Origin: Prorocentrum cordatum
Taxonomy: Eukaryota
Reading direction: 5' to 3'
Length of the DNA: 64,000 bases
NCBI GenBank assembly: GCA_963575745.1
Contig: CAUYUJ010000281.1
Span: 186,001 to 250,000 of the forward strand
Shown here: piece after piece, positions 37,982 through 50,406 of the stretch
How positions within the stretch are numbered: the first letter of the stretch is position 1
Layout of the letters: every line of letters starts with the position of its first letter
Translations under genes and position numbers: made by a program
The notes under the pieces: model-generated
Databases searched by the model: none
Told to the model about the DNA's origin: nothing
What the model saw: the letters and a program-made list of their open reading frames with translations, nothing else

Positions 37982-38205
37982 AGTACTTAACATACTTACT
38001 ACGGTAAGTTAAGTACTTAGTAAGTAGTTAGCGGACTTAGCTAAGTGCTTACTCAGTCATTACTAAGTGGCCCACTTAGTAATGACTTAGTAAGTACTTA
38101 GCTATCCACTTATAACCAGTTAGCTAAGTGCTTAGCGCACTTAGCTAACCACTTATAACCGCTTATAGCTAGTTTGCTAAGTAGGTTATAAGTGACTTAG
38201 CGGTT
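37982..38205. repeat. Left subterminal repeat region (CTAAGT/ACTTAG units)
   Basis: Repeated (C/G)ACTTAG(T/C)AA and CTAAGTG units in both orientations. Confidence 0.85.
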
Positions 38206-38859
38206 ACATTGCACTTGTTATCCAAGGGCCATGCACAGGGAAAAAAGGTAAATCCACGTCTTGAAAGAGCTGAGTTTGTTCGTTGAGCGCTGCAGCGCTA
38301 CAAATTTTGCATTTTGATTTGGAGTCGGTGTCCTGGATTTTTGCTTTAAATATGAGAGGCGCTGCAGCGCTGCCTTCGGATTTATATGAACATGAAGCGC
38401 TGCGTGCGCTGAAGATGAAGCGCTGCAGCGCTGAATGTTGAGTTAAATGCATGTTTTCTAGTTGCACGTTGTTCGGATCTTCATTTTCGCCCAGCTCCGT
38501 TTGCAAGGAATTTGAATGCACATGTCAATTATGTTTTGTTGTATTCGTTCTTTTTCAATGGTCGCATTGAGCGCTGCAGCGCTCCAAATTTGATAGCACG
38601 TATGTTACTTTGCGCTGCAGCGCAAAAAAATGGTTGTCGTCGTGATGTCGCATCGCGCTGCAGCGCGTGCGCGCTCGTGCTTCATGGGCCTCGGGCTGCA
38701 GCCCAGATCAACATATTTGCTCGCAAGTTGCATGTCCATGCAAGTCGATGTTCACGCGCACGCCGCGCGACAGCTTGTCTCAAGCTGCGGCCGCGCGCCG
38801 CATCCGCCGTCGCGCCCGCGGGCTCGCACGTTGCATTCGGCGCTATATATAGCGCTGGC

Positions 38860-41770
38860 ATGGCGCTGCAGGCGCGTCAGGAGGAGCAGATCTTGCAGTA
38901 CATCGAGGAAAGCATTTCCTCGGGGAGGTTGGCATCGGGGTGGGATCAACTGAAGGAGTTCCTGCTGGCGGAGGGGCTAGCGTATTACCAGCAGGTCCCA
39001 CCGAACCAGATGGGCATCGACATTCGGAACCGCAGCGGTTCGTTAGTGAACCCTGCGCGGGCTCACAATTTAGGCGCGAAGATTTGCGCCCAGGGCTTCG
39101 TCTTGGCCAAGACGGCTGCAGCCACTGCCTTCGAGGCCCCGCAGGGGGCGCAGTTGGAAGAGACCGCGATGGCGAACGACCGCCTTTCGCGGCTCAGCGG
39201 GGGTCGGTGCCCCCCGCTGGACTCATTGCGGTATACGTCAGTGGGCGGCTCCCACACGAACGTCTTCCTCCGCTGCGTGCTGGCCAAGGCGCCGACCACA
39301 GTGAAGGCGCTGGCAGACTCTCGGGACAACATCGACTCCGAAAAGCTGTGCGCGTTGCATCCGCAACTTGCGACGGCAGTCAAAAAGGGCCCGACGTGGT
39401 TGATCATCAAGCACGCGGTGGCCAAAGTCAAGGGCCTCAAGAACTTCGTGCAGAGGGCTTTGAACGCCGACGTCAGGGAGGCGGTTCACGAGACCGAGAT
39501 CATTCGGTCAGGCTGCAGCCTATCCCCACTATAGTATATAGCGGTATGTAGTAAGGGCCAGGATGATGCACGAGGAGGGTGATGAGTGGGAGCGCGTTGG
39601 GGGGGAGGTGAGAACGAGGAGCGGGAGCATTATATCTTACAGTGCTGCAGCACTTGATCGGCTCGGCGCTTGCTGCAGGCAGGTGGGCGGATGCTCTTGG
39701 CACACAGCCTCGCTGAGGGTTCCAGCAAGCCCGATTGGCGCGACATCGCCGAGCAAGCGGGCCACGCGAACCCACCTTGCAAGGCGTGGATCGCTGACTT
39801 GTGCAAGTTTGTTGAGCTCGGGCCACAAAACGGAGAACTTCTCCGTGAAATAGATGAAGCCCTCAAGACCTTCACGAATGTGGACGTCTCGGGGCAAACT
39901 TTGATGTGCGGCTCTGAATTCTGGCGCAAGTTGAATTCGATTAAATGGGGGAAGCACCAGGAGTCGCACCCGCATGTCGTAGCGGCGCTCGTGAAGGCCA
40001 ACTATTCAGGCGAGCACGTGGTGGATAGCATGTGCAGGACCATCCATAAGCTTGTCGGCGCCCCCTTGTAGTGACATGCGCTGCAGCGCATCTATGCATT
40101 GCGCTGCATTGTTAGAACTGCGTGCCCACCCCTCCCCCCTCCCCCACACACACACGCACGCACCGTTACATTGCTTTATTCCCAAACGCAATCGCTGAAG
40201 CGATGTGCGGATCAAGGCAAACGAGATCGTCCACGTCGCGTCCCGCAAGGCGGACGTGGCTGCGGCCGACAATCTCATGGCCGACGCAAGGTCGCTCGTG
40301 AAGAGGTTGGATATCGGAGCGGAGCAGGGCTTCTTGCACATCACAAAGTTGGATGTCCGCTGTGCCATGTACCTGGTGAAGAAGCGAGCGCCAGGAGACC
40401 GCGCTTTCGGATGCGTAGCAGATATAGCACAGGTATCTTCTCACGCCACCTTTCGTGTGCTCCTTGTTTCCCCCCCTCCCTGCTTTTCGCCATTCAATGT
40501 CGCTGCAGCGACCCTCCAGAGAGGTCTTCCTCCATGAGCTCGGGGAGCCAGCCCAGCTGCAGATGAAGAGCTTGGGGATCGAGTTCGGCAAGGCGGTGCA
40601 GACCGACAAGCAAGGCGATGGCGCACCCGAGTTCCCAGCGAGCGCCGATGCAGACGCGCCGCGCGCGGCAGCGTCGTCGGCCGCTGAGTTGAAGAGCAAC
40701 GTCTTCCGCATGCGGCGTGCAGGGTTCGACGTGGGGAAGCACATCGTCCAGAAGAAGGAGGTGGATGACGTCTTCGAGGTGCTCTCCATCTCGGAGAATG
40801 GGATCACCGCTCAGAAGAAGTTGCACGGCGACCTGGTGGGCGAAGAGATCTCCATTGCGTGGCTGCAGCCACCCCGCCGCCCGTGCAGGGAGCAGGTAGG
40901 GGGGGGGAGGAGGTAGTAACTGCGATATTGTATTTCCTGTACTTAAGTTGCAATGGGTTGGTCGATGCGCTGCAGCGCACGGAGCAGTTAGCCGAGCGGG
41001 CGGATTGAAGTAAACATATTGCTCGAGAATTACAAGTTGACGTCCAGGGCGCAGGAGCAGTTGCCGTTCACGAAGGAGCACTTGCCGCCAGCCCACGAGG
41101 GTTGGGCGATGGACGCGTTCAAGGGGGCATGCAACATGGCGCTGCGGCTCCAAGCGCTGAAGTACCAGGCGAACATTTTGCACTTGGAGATCCTGCAGGA
41201 CCCACCTGCCGTGCGCTGCAAGCGAGCGTTCAAAGTGGGTGAGCTCGTCAGACTTGTGCTTCCGCAATCGTCCGCGCCCCCCTCCGACGACGCCGCGCTG
41301 CAGCGCTGCGCTGAGCACGAGGTAGCGAGGATTTCGGGGCACGTCAGGCCGTAGCGACGAGGTCAGTGACGTTACCGACTGCGCGCCATGTAGCTCCACG
41401 CGGTGGGAGTGGTCGCATTTCAGCCTCGTCCACGCGGGTCAGCACGGGCTGCGTTGCGGAGAGCATCTCGTTGGGGAAGGTTGGCCTCTACGAGTTCTTC
41501 GTGGGCCCGCAGTTCGCAGGGCCCCCCGCTGAGGGGTCGCGGGGCCCCGACGCCTTTGTCAGCCCCTTCTGGGTGGTGGCAAAGTCCGACTCAGAGCCCA
41601 ACATGGAGCTCCGAAAGGAGACCGTGACGTTCGGGACAGGCGTCAACAAGGTGCAGGTGGGGGTGCCCCAGATGCATAACACTTGCGCCCTGTCCGCGGG
41701 CGACTTCCTGGTGGTGAAGCCGTGGCCGCGGCTGCAGCCGCGGCCAGCCAAGAAGCTCAGGACGGCCTGA
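38860..41770 (+). CDS. Cargo gene 1: ParB/Srx-like N-terminus, SET-like C-terminus; exons ~38860-39501, 39691-40041, 40211-40432, 40524-40853, 41004-~41246, ~41400-41770
   Basis: Successive high-GC3 ORFs separated by palindrome-containing spacers. Motifs RNRSG..AHNLGAKICAQGF, VGGSHTNVFLR, and AVRCKRAFKVGEL..PFWVV..PNM..HNTCALSAGDFLV. The last junction is unresolved and domain names are tentative. Confidence 0.65.
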
Positions 41771-42267
41771 GCTGGCGATATAGAGGGACCACGCGGGAGG
41801 ATGAGGCAGGAGGGAGGGGTGATGCGGAGGAGGAGGAGGAGGAGGCAGGGTAAGGTTTGGCATAGGGAGGAGGATGAGGGGGCTTAAGGAGCGGCGAGCG
41901 CACATGACGGCACCGAGCGTGGCCCTCCGATTGGTGTAAACAGTGTGCGGGTTGGTGCGAAGTGCGATACTTGCCGCGGCGCTGCAGCGCGCGGAACGAT
42001 TCGTTGCGCCAGCATCGTCGCTGCAGCGACTGTACAATATTGGTGCTGACATCAGCCTTTCCCACAGACATGCCGCTGCAGCGGCTTCGTCATCACTGTT
42101 GTGCTCGATGTGATCGTTGCTCTTCGCTTCATCTTTCACATGCGCTGCAGCGCACCTCATCATGAGCACCTCGTCCGCGCACATGTTGCCTCATCACTCC
42201 ATCGCAGCAATTTTGGCGCTGAAGTGCGACCGCGCTCGGGCTGCAGCCTCGGCGCGCCGCGCGCGCG

Positions 42268-43032
42268 ATGACGACGATCAAGCGCGACTGCGTCGTGCTG
42301 CACGACAACCGTACGGGGCGCGAGCTGGTCGCGGCCGTCGAGGTCATCGGAGACCGCGAGTGTATCACCGTGACCACCGCAGGTTGGAGCAAGTGGGCGT
42401 GCGGCAAGGCTCAGGGCTTGCGAGGCACGATGTTCCCAACGTGGCTGAAAAATCAGCGCGCCGCGTCGTCGGGGCCAACGGCGCCGACGACGCTCTTCGC
42501 TGCAGCGGAGCCAGGCCGCCGCCCGACCACGCGGTCCGGCCGCGCCAGTCGCCAGGTTCCAGTGGACAAGTGCTTCAAGACAGTGCAGCTGCCGCCGTTT
42601 GGCGATGCTGAGGCAACAGAGCTGCAGATTGTCATTCCCCCACCTCATAGGGGGGGGAAGGATAAGCTGCAGGTGGTGCTGCACGAGAAGGGCGTAGAGT
42701 ACATCAAGGCCAAATTGCTTCAGGAGGCGGCGGAGGCGGCAGAGGCGAGCACGGTGCTGAAGCGCCCGCGGCGCCACGAGACCGACGTTCCTTGCGGCGC
42801 CCGCATCTATTGGGTGCAGCGGCTCCAAGCTTGGCGGGCCGTCCGCACAGACTGCGGTTGCAGCAGGACGGCCTTGTTCCGCACAAACCGCGGCTGCAGC
42901 AAGGATGACGCTGAAGCGGCCGCGGCGAAGTGGTGCACCGCCGAACTCAAGGATTGCGAAGCGGATGAGCTCCAGGAGATGGAAGCGGAGGCGGAGGGCG
43001 ATGCGGAGGAGGAGGAGGCCGACTCGGACTGA
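42268..43032 (+). CDS. Cargo gene 2: 254-aa protein with AP2-like C-terminal DNA-binding motif and acidic tail
   Basis: Clean ATG-to-stop ORF. IYWVQRLQAWRAV...ALFR...DAEAAAAKW resembles the AP2 three-strand + helix pattern. Confidence 0.65.
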   Translation: MTTIKRDCVVLHDNRTGRELVAAVEVIGDRECITVTTAGWSKWACGKAQGLRGTMFPTWLKNQRAASSGPTAPTTLFAAAEPGRRPTTRSGRASRQVPVDKCFKTVQLPPFGDAEATELQIVIPPPHRGGKDKLQVVLHEKGVEYIKAKLLQEAAEAAEASTVLKRPRRHETDVPCGARIYWVQRLQAWRAVRTDCGCSRTALFRTNRGCSKDDAEAAAAKWCTAELKDCEADELQEMEAEAEGDAEEEEADSD

Positions 43033-43515
43033 GCTGCGGCGCGCTCGGTCGACCGCATCGCTGGGGCGTGCGATCACGGTCGGCAGTGCGATTGAGAATG
43101 GCAGCGAGGAGGACGAGCACGAGGACGAGGAGAAGGAAGAGGAGGATTGGGATAATAATTGCGGATTGTTGGTGGATCCCCCCAATGTTCGCTACTGTTG
43201 GTGTCATTGCGAATCGTTGGTATGATCAAGCGTGCTGCAGCACGACGACACTACGATCAAGTGTGCCTCTCACGCGTTGCCGCCGTCGATGTGTGACCTC
43301 ACGGCGCTGCAGCGCTGACTTACGTGTGTTTCGTGCTGCAGCGCTGTCGTTCGGGTGTATGGCGTGCCGATATCAGATTTTTGCGTCGCGCTGCAGCGCT
43401 GACTTACATTTTGTGTGTCTGGCGTGTTGATGTAGCGCTTCGATCGCGCTTGCAGCCCGCATGTTCGCTTTATGTTATTGCATGTGGTTCGCAGCCACTT
43501 GTGATCAGAACATCA

Positions 43516-43869
43516 ATGGCTGCCAACATGAGTGCAGCGACGCCGCCATGGCGGCTTCCCTCGGAGCCAGTGCCGCCGCCGAAGGCGAAGTCCGCTGCAT
43601 CGGATGCGACATATGCGGCTACTCCCCCTCCTCCGCCGCCGCCGCCGCCACCGCCGCCTCCGACGTCGACGAGGACCGCGGCTGCAGCCGCCAGTGATGT
43701 GCCAGCCCCGCGCGCGGCTGCAGCCGCGCGCAAGCGCGATGCTGATACCAAGGTTGGCATGTGGAAGCTTGTGTGCGACATGATTCGGGAAGCGCTTCAG
43801 CGCGGGGACCGCGAGGCAGCGTTTGCGCTGGCAGTCCAATACCACGTCGCGAAGAAGCCGCGGAAGTGA
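43516..43869 (+). CDS. Cargo gene 3: small Pro/Ala-rich protein
   Basis: MAANMSAATPPWRLP...VGMWKLVCDMIREALQRGDREAAFALAVQYHVAKKPRK*. Confidence 0.5.
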   Translation: MAANMSAATPPWRLPSEPVPPPKAKSAASDATYAATPPPPPPPPPPPPPTSTRTAAAAASDVPAPRAAAAARKRDADTKVGMWKLVCDMIREALQRGDREAAFALAVQYHVAKKPRK

Positions 43870-44968
43870 CGGGCGCGCGGCGCGCGCGCGGTCAGTGCTG
43901 CAGCACCACTGTTTCAGTCGGATACAGCATCGCGACGGCGGCGACGGCGACAGAGACAACGACGACGGCGTTAAAGACGACGTAATTCAGAGCAGTACAT
44001 GCAGGAGAAGAAGGTGGAGGGAGGATGATGATGAGGAGGAGGAGGGTGATCAGGAGGACGACGACATTGAGGACGACGTTCTGGAACGCCCTCATTTTCA
44101 CAGGTTCCCACCGCTCGCTGCCAGCACCTCGGAGCAGGGGAAGGGGGGGCAGGATGATGATGATGATGAGGAGGAGGAGGAGGAGGAGGAGAAGGAGGCC
44201 GAGGACGAGGAGTATGACGAGGAGGAGGGGGAGGAAGACAACCAGTTGGCACCCATGCCCCGCCCCCCCGATCCTTCTGCCTATTCCTGCCTCCGCATAC
44301 TCCCTCTCCTCCTCCTCCTCCTCCTCCTCCTCCTCCTCCTCCTCCTCCTCATCCTCCCTCTCATTCTCCTACTCCTCCTTCTCCTCCTCCTTCTCCTCCT
44401 CCTCCCTCTCCTTCTTCTCCTCCTCATCAGTGTCCTCCTCCTCCTCCTCCTCCTCCTTCTCCTGCCCCCCCTCCTCCCCCCCCTCCTCCTCTCCCTCCAA
44501 TCCTCCTCCTCCCCCTCATCCTCCTCCCCCTCCTCCTCCTATCCTGAGGGGGCAGCCCTGGGGAGGTCAATCCAGTCGTTGGCCTTCGGAGGTTCAGTTG
44601 GGGGTGATGTTACTTTGCGGGGTGATGTTACTTTGGGGGGTCAGTCGATTGGTTAGCAGGGGTCCGTCGTCGTCAGCGTCGTCGCCATCGTATTCGTCGT
44701 TGGCGCCGCCGCTGTTTTTGTTCCGTGCAGCTGCAGCTGCAGCTTCGCGCGCTGCAGCGCCCGCGCGCCGCCCTGCGGCGCCCACGCGCCCGAGCTCAGC
44801 TTCAGCTGCAGTGATGGGACTGGTTTCCACCACCACTATACCATATGTTGGAGAAGGAGGAGGAGGAGAAAGAAGAGGAGGAGGAGGACCTCTCCCTCCA
44901 ACTTATGGTACTGGTGGTGAAAACCAAGCCCATCATGCAGCTTGGCGAGCTGCAGCCTCGCTGCAGCG

Positions 44969-45605
44969 ATGGCGCACCTCGACTACGACGAGGACTTCGA
45001 GGAGTTCGACAGCGACGACGGCGGCGCGCTGCTCGCGGCCGCGGCCACGGCGCGGCCGCGGCCTCCCTCGGCGCCGCCGCCAGGCGCGCTGCTGGCCAAG
45101 GCGCGGCCGCGGCCGTCGCCGTACGGCAGCGTCGGCCGCGCCTTGGCCAAGGGCAAGGACAAGGACAAGGAAGGACAAGGACAAGGGCGGCGGCCCACCT
45201 TGCGCCTCGGGCAAGGGCAAGGACAAGGACAAGGACGTCGGCGGCCCACCTTGCAAGGGCATGGGCAAGGGCAAGGACAAGGACAAGGACGTCGGCGGCC
45301 CACCTTGCAAGGGCAAGGGCAAGGACAAGGACAAGGACGACGGCGGCCCTTGCAAGGGCAAGGGCAAGGACAAGAGCAAGGGCGGCAAACTTGTCCAAGG
45401 GCAAGGGCAAGGGCAAGGGCGGCGGGGCGGCTGGTTCAACAGGGCGCAGCGGCTCTGCGAGCTGCTGCTGGCGGGCGAGTACGCCGCCGCCGCCGCCCTG
45501 GCCGAGGAGTACTACGCTGGCCCAGCAGAGGTCTGGGTCGGCCAGGGCGGCGGCGGCGGCGAGGAGGCCGCCGAGGAGGCGCTGCAGGCGCCGTGGGGCG
45601 CCTGA
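44969..45605 (+). CDS. Cargo gene 4: GK/DK-repeat protein with frameshifts in the repeat tract (assembly error or pseudogene)
   Basis: MAHLDYDEDFEEFDSDD..KGKDKDK..(KG)n..GGWFNRAQRLCELLLAGEYAAAAALAEEYY. Needs frame changes near 45170 and 45390. Confidence 0.5.
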
Positions 45606-46829
45606 GGAGGCGCAGGCGCCGAGGAGGGCGCGCGGGCGCCTGAGGAGGCGCTGCAGGCGCCGAGGGCTGCGCGCAGGCGCTGCAGGCGCCGAGGGCTGCG
45701 CGCAGGCGCTGCAGGCGCTGAGGAGAGGCGCTGCAGGCGCCTGAGGGAGGCGCCGCGCAGGCGCCAACATGAGAGCCGCGGCAGGCCGGGCCGCCGCGGA
45801 GCATCCAACTGTATGGGCGACGGAGAGGGTGGACTATAGTAGAGGTAGAGGTAGACAGGGGGAGAGGGTGGACTATAGTAGAGGTAGACAGGGGGGAGAC
45901 GTAATATACATAGGGAATGCGAGGGGGACGATGGAGACGCAGCGTGGGGGTGGAGTGAAGACACATTGGAGAGAGACGGTAGACAGGATGCCCGCTGCAG
46001 CGGGTATCCACTCTCCCGTGAGCGAGGGGGACAACGAACGCATAGTGATAGGATACATGCTGTAGCAACCCAACATGTAAGATCAATGGGAGCAATGGGG
46101 GGGGGGGTGGATTGGATCAGTTCGCGAGCATAGCCTGCCGACGCATGCATGTGTTTTAGGCCAGGTTATATTTCGTGCGCCAGATCGCGTGGTGCGCCCG
46201 CGCTGTCGCCCAGAAAGGCGCTCCGATATCCTCATCACATCTATCTGCCATCGTCGACGTTCACATCCTGATCCACTGACATTTTTTTTGTATGGACTGA
46301 TGTGCCAGGGGTCGGCCTTGGATTGGCCAGGAAAGTTTGGGGGCACTTGGGGGGGTCCTGGGGCACTTCAGATGGCAAACAGTCTCGCATCGCATCGCCC
46401 TTCGCCACTCTCCCTGCTCCCCTTCAGCACAGTTCGTTGCGCCGCCGAGTAGCTCCCCCCATGGCCTCCTGGCAGCCTCACCAGCTCCCATCAGCCTTGT
46501 CCTCAGCAGTCTCGAGCCATCGCGACGCTGCTGCAGCAGAGCCGTGAGCGTAAATCTTTGCAGTTGACAGCGGTGTCGGCATCGTCAACCTCGTCGCGAC
46601 GCTGCTGCAGCAGCGCCGCGTGATGTACTTCGCGCCTCTCTTAGTTTCACTCCCACCTCGAAATCAGCAGTGTGGACAGTGTTCTGGGACTGCGTGGGTG
46701 GGCGTTGGGGTGGGCTGGAGTGCTGGATGTTGGCATCAGGATGGCTGATCTGAGGTCGAACGGGAGCTTCGGGTGAAGCGATCTGAGAGCGTCGGTGCCC
46801 CTCTGCAGAGGTGATGCTGTCTGACAGCG

Positions 46830-46980
46830 GCGTGTCTGTTCAATAGCCCCCTCTATTGAACAGCCACGCCCGTGTCTGTTCAATAGCCCCCTCTATTGAA
46901 CATGCCATGTTCAATAGCCCCCTCTATTGAACAGCCACGCCCGTGTCTGTTCAATAGCCCCCTCTATTGAACAGACACGC
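46830..46980. repeat. Four tandem hairpin units GTTCAATAG-CCCCCT-CTATTGAAC (~40-bp period)
   Basis: Direct reading. Confidence 0.9.
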
Positions 46981-47802
46981 CTCTGTCGATGTCCCAGCTG
47001 CCTTCGAGGCTCCCAGATCGCTTCGGTATTTGCTCCTGATCACACTTCGCGCATCTCCTGAATCCGTCCCGCGCCCTCCTCGGACACCTTCCGTGTCCCT
47101 CCTGTGTCTGCCCGCCCGCCCGCTCCCGAGCTCCCGTGTATACCTATCCGTCTCCCGCGTCTCTCCCTCGTCTCTCCCGTGCCCCTTCCGTGTCTCCACA
47201 TGCTTTCCGTGCGCTCCCGCCCGTGTCCCTCCGCACCGCTTCCGCGTCCGTCCGCCCGCTCGCCCCCGAACTCCCGTGTCCCTCCCGTGTCTCTTCCGTG
47301 CCCCCCCCCCCCGTGTTTCTCCCATGTCCCTCCCACCCCTCCGTGTCTTTCGCACCGTCCCTTCCGTGTTCCTCAAATGATCATGCATCCCCCCCCGTGT
47401 CCTGCCCGCCCGCCCGCCCGCGCTCGTGTCCTTCCCTCCCGTGTCTCCTCGCATCTCCCCCCGCCCCCCCCCCCCCCCCGTGTCCCTCATTATCTCCCTC
47501 CTCTCCTTTCCATCACTCTATATCTCTCTCCCTATTGCCCACTACCATGCGTTCCATCATGGTGCGCATGCATAGCGCTGCAGCGCTTCATGTTACTTTG
47601 TGACGATGATTTCTGCTGAGCGCTGCAGCGCTCACGTGTGTTCCTTAATTGCATGCGATCGTTGCGCTGCAGCGCATCTGTACTGTTGTGGCCTCTCTTC
47701 CACCTCAGCAGCCGAGTGCTTCAGCTCTCGCAGTGTGGGAGGCCCTCCCTCGCGCTTCCCCTCGGAGCGTCCGCGCACCCCCTCGCCCTCGCGGAGGGCA
47801 TC

Positions 47803-49664
47803 ATGTCTGCCGCGGCTGCGGCCACACCCATCAACCACATCCTGGATAACCTGGACAGCTGCGACGCCTTCTTCGCATCGCAGATCGGCGTCATCGCCGC
47901 CGACGCGATGGCGCAGAGCCAGTCCGCCTTGTCCATGAGCGTGCAGCTGCAGCTTCACAACTTGGGGACGATCGGGGCTGCCCAAGCAGCTACCCTGCAT
48001 AATCGAATCACCGCGTCGGGCTTCGCGGACAGCCACAAGGCGCGCCTCAGCGCCGTGCTGGCCGCGCGCGTGGGCACGGCGACGCCCGCGCTCCAGATGC
48101 GCGTGCAGACGCTCGCGTCAGGGCGGCGCTATCCATCGTGCTGTGCACATCGGACCGCCGAAGTGTTATTCACATGTATGGTTTAATTGTTTGTTCTGTA
48201 CTTTATGTATGTTACCATGTTCATTTTTCAAATGTACTTATGTTAGCATGCTGCAGCATGCCTGCGTCGATTCGTAGGCTGGTGGGCTTTACCATGCAGG
48301 ACTGGGGTTTATTTCGCGACCCCAGCCAGAGCATCGTCGCGAAGGTGCGCGCGTTGATCAAACGTTGCGGTGCCATCGGCTTGACGGTTCCGAGCGAGAA
48401 CACGCTGAAAGAGTTGGCGGCGTTGATGGCATGCGCCCATCTTCCAGACGCAAACCCTGGGCAGCTCTACGGGATCGTGACGGAGATGAAGGTTTGGGAT
48501 TCGGCGGGAACGCCTAACGCAGACGCATCATATCGCACTGACTGCAGCCAATGCGATGCGGCGCGTCAGCGTTAGGGTTTCCCGACGAGTCGCCCTTTAC
48601 AGGGTCAGTTCTTGGCGAGCCGCAGGGGCGCGACGGGGCAAGCGGCGACAGTGACTTGGAATTTCCCAGCAGATCCTCGGCAGCTCCCTCAGCACATCTT
48701 CGACGCGGCGTACACCGATGCGGACCCGCCGATCGATGTGACGCGCGACCTCGCCAACGTGGTATCGCATCTACGAGGCTGCTGCCACCCCGTCATGCGC
48801 TGCAGCGCTGATTGTTCTGGATGTCTTGGGTGCTTCGGTGAGCTCGGTCCTTTAGGTCCACCTCGCATAGAGCATGATAGGTTTCATGCTACGCGTGCGC
48901 CGCTGAAGCGGCCTGCGGGTCTCAACGCCATCAAGGCTCGCGTGCCTCTCAGGCTGACCAACAAGGGCTTGCGGGCTGCCGCCCCACCGCATCAGCCGAG
49001 CACTGCCATTGTGCCATGGACACCATCGGGGTCACCCTCCGTGCCGCCTGCAGCGCCAATGCAACCCATGGACGCGATGGCCGTGATGCAGCAAATGCTG
49101 GCAGCGTTTGCGCCACCGCCATCGCCGCCCAACGAGCTGCAGCTGCAGCTCTTCCCGCGCCGCCCTGCGGCGCCCACGGCGAGCCCCCCCGCGAGTCCCC
49201 CCGCGATTGGTGATTCGCCAGCTGGGCCAGCATTGTCAGCGGCGGCGCCAGATGCTGCTGCAGCAGCGCCAACGCCGCCAAACGAAGATGCTGCTGCAGC
49301 AGCAGACGGAGACGAGGATGCTGTGCTGCAGGCGATCGAGACCTTGGCTGCGGGCAGCGCGAAAGGCGAGCTGCCTCGCAAGGGCAAGGGCAAGGGCAAG
49401 GGCAAGAAGGGCAAGGGCAAGAGCGCGATCAAGGGCAAGAGCAAGACAGGCGCTGGCAAGGGCAAGACGGCGGCCAAGGGCACGGCCAAACCGAAGGCCA
49501 AGGGCAAAGGGAAGGCCAAAGCCAAGGCCAAGGCCAAGCCCAAGGGCAAGGCGGCAGCCAAACGGGGCCAAATGGCACTCGGGTGCAGCAAATGCCGCTA
49601 CCTGCCGAATGGCTGCGGCACGTGCCGCGACCCGAACTTCACTGGCCGTCGCGGCAAGCCGTGA
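47803..49664 (+). CDS. Cargo gene 5: helical N-terminus, Pro/Ala linker, Lys-rich tract, C-terminal GCSKCR..GCGTC Zn-binding-like motif; exons 47803-48122, 48278-48491, 48603-49664 (possible extra in-frame intron ~48744-48911)
   Basis: Phase-consistent GC-AG and GT-AG introns with AG|G acceptors. Confidence 0.7.
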
Positions 49665-50406
49665 GCGCGCAACGGGCACTGTCGGCATATGGAGGTGAGG
49701 ATGAGGATTATGAGGGCGAGGAGGAGGATGGGTAGGATGATGAGGAGGATGAGCATGTGGAGGAGAAGGAATGAGGAGGATGGTGGGGATTAGTGCGAGG
49801 TTGGATGGAACGCTGGCCGATGATATGAACGGTAGTGGCGATGGTCTTGCCTGGCGGTCGCGCGGCTCGCACGGACGACGAGGAGGATGAAAGTCAAATA
49901 TGTTGACGGGTTCTCTTGGATGCGGGCGCTGCAGCGCTGGCGCCTTTGTGGTCAACGTTTACATCGCCATCATGATCACGATGCAGCGCTGCAGCGCTCG
50001 CTTTCCTGGATGGTGGCGTAGATAGTGCGCGCTGTTGTGTTCCGATGCAGCGCTGCAGCGCCTGTCAGACTTGTGGTGCCGTTGTAGCGTTGGCGCGTTT
50101 GTGAGTGTGCAGTTGCAGCCGCGGTGCCCATGTATTGCGTGACGTGCTCGTCTTGAGTGCCAGTCGTTCCTCGTCGATACGCGCTGCAGCGCCATCATTC
50201 GTGATGTCGAGCGTTGTCTCCCGCATGGTTGTTGCCAAGTCACGCGCTGCAGCGCTGTGATTCGCTCATGTTGCGCGTTGCCGATGGCATGCCCTCCTCC
50301 CCCCCTCCTCCTCCTCCTCCTCACTTGGCTCGCGCGTCGCAGTCGCCATCGTTCGCTGCAGCGGGTGCTGGCAACGGACCTCCTCCGCCTCCTCACTGGG
50401 CTCGCA

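Noticed and set aside
44025..44960. Poly-Ser/Leu/Glu ORFs (also 918-2361, 29688-31032, 37435-37990, 59723-60790)
   Set aside because: Translations of trinucleotide microsatellites.
46830..46980. CRISPR-like palindromic repeat array
   Set aside because: Intervening sequences are short and near-identical rather than unique spacers. No cas genes, and the context is eukaryotic.
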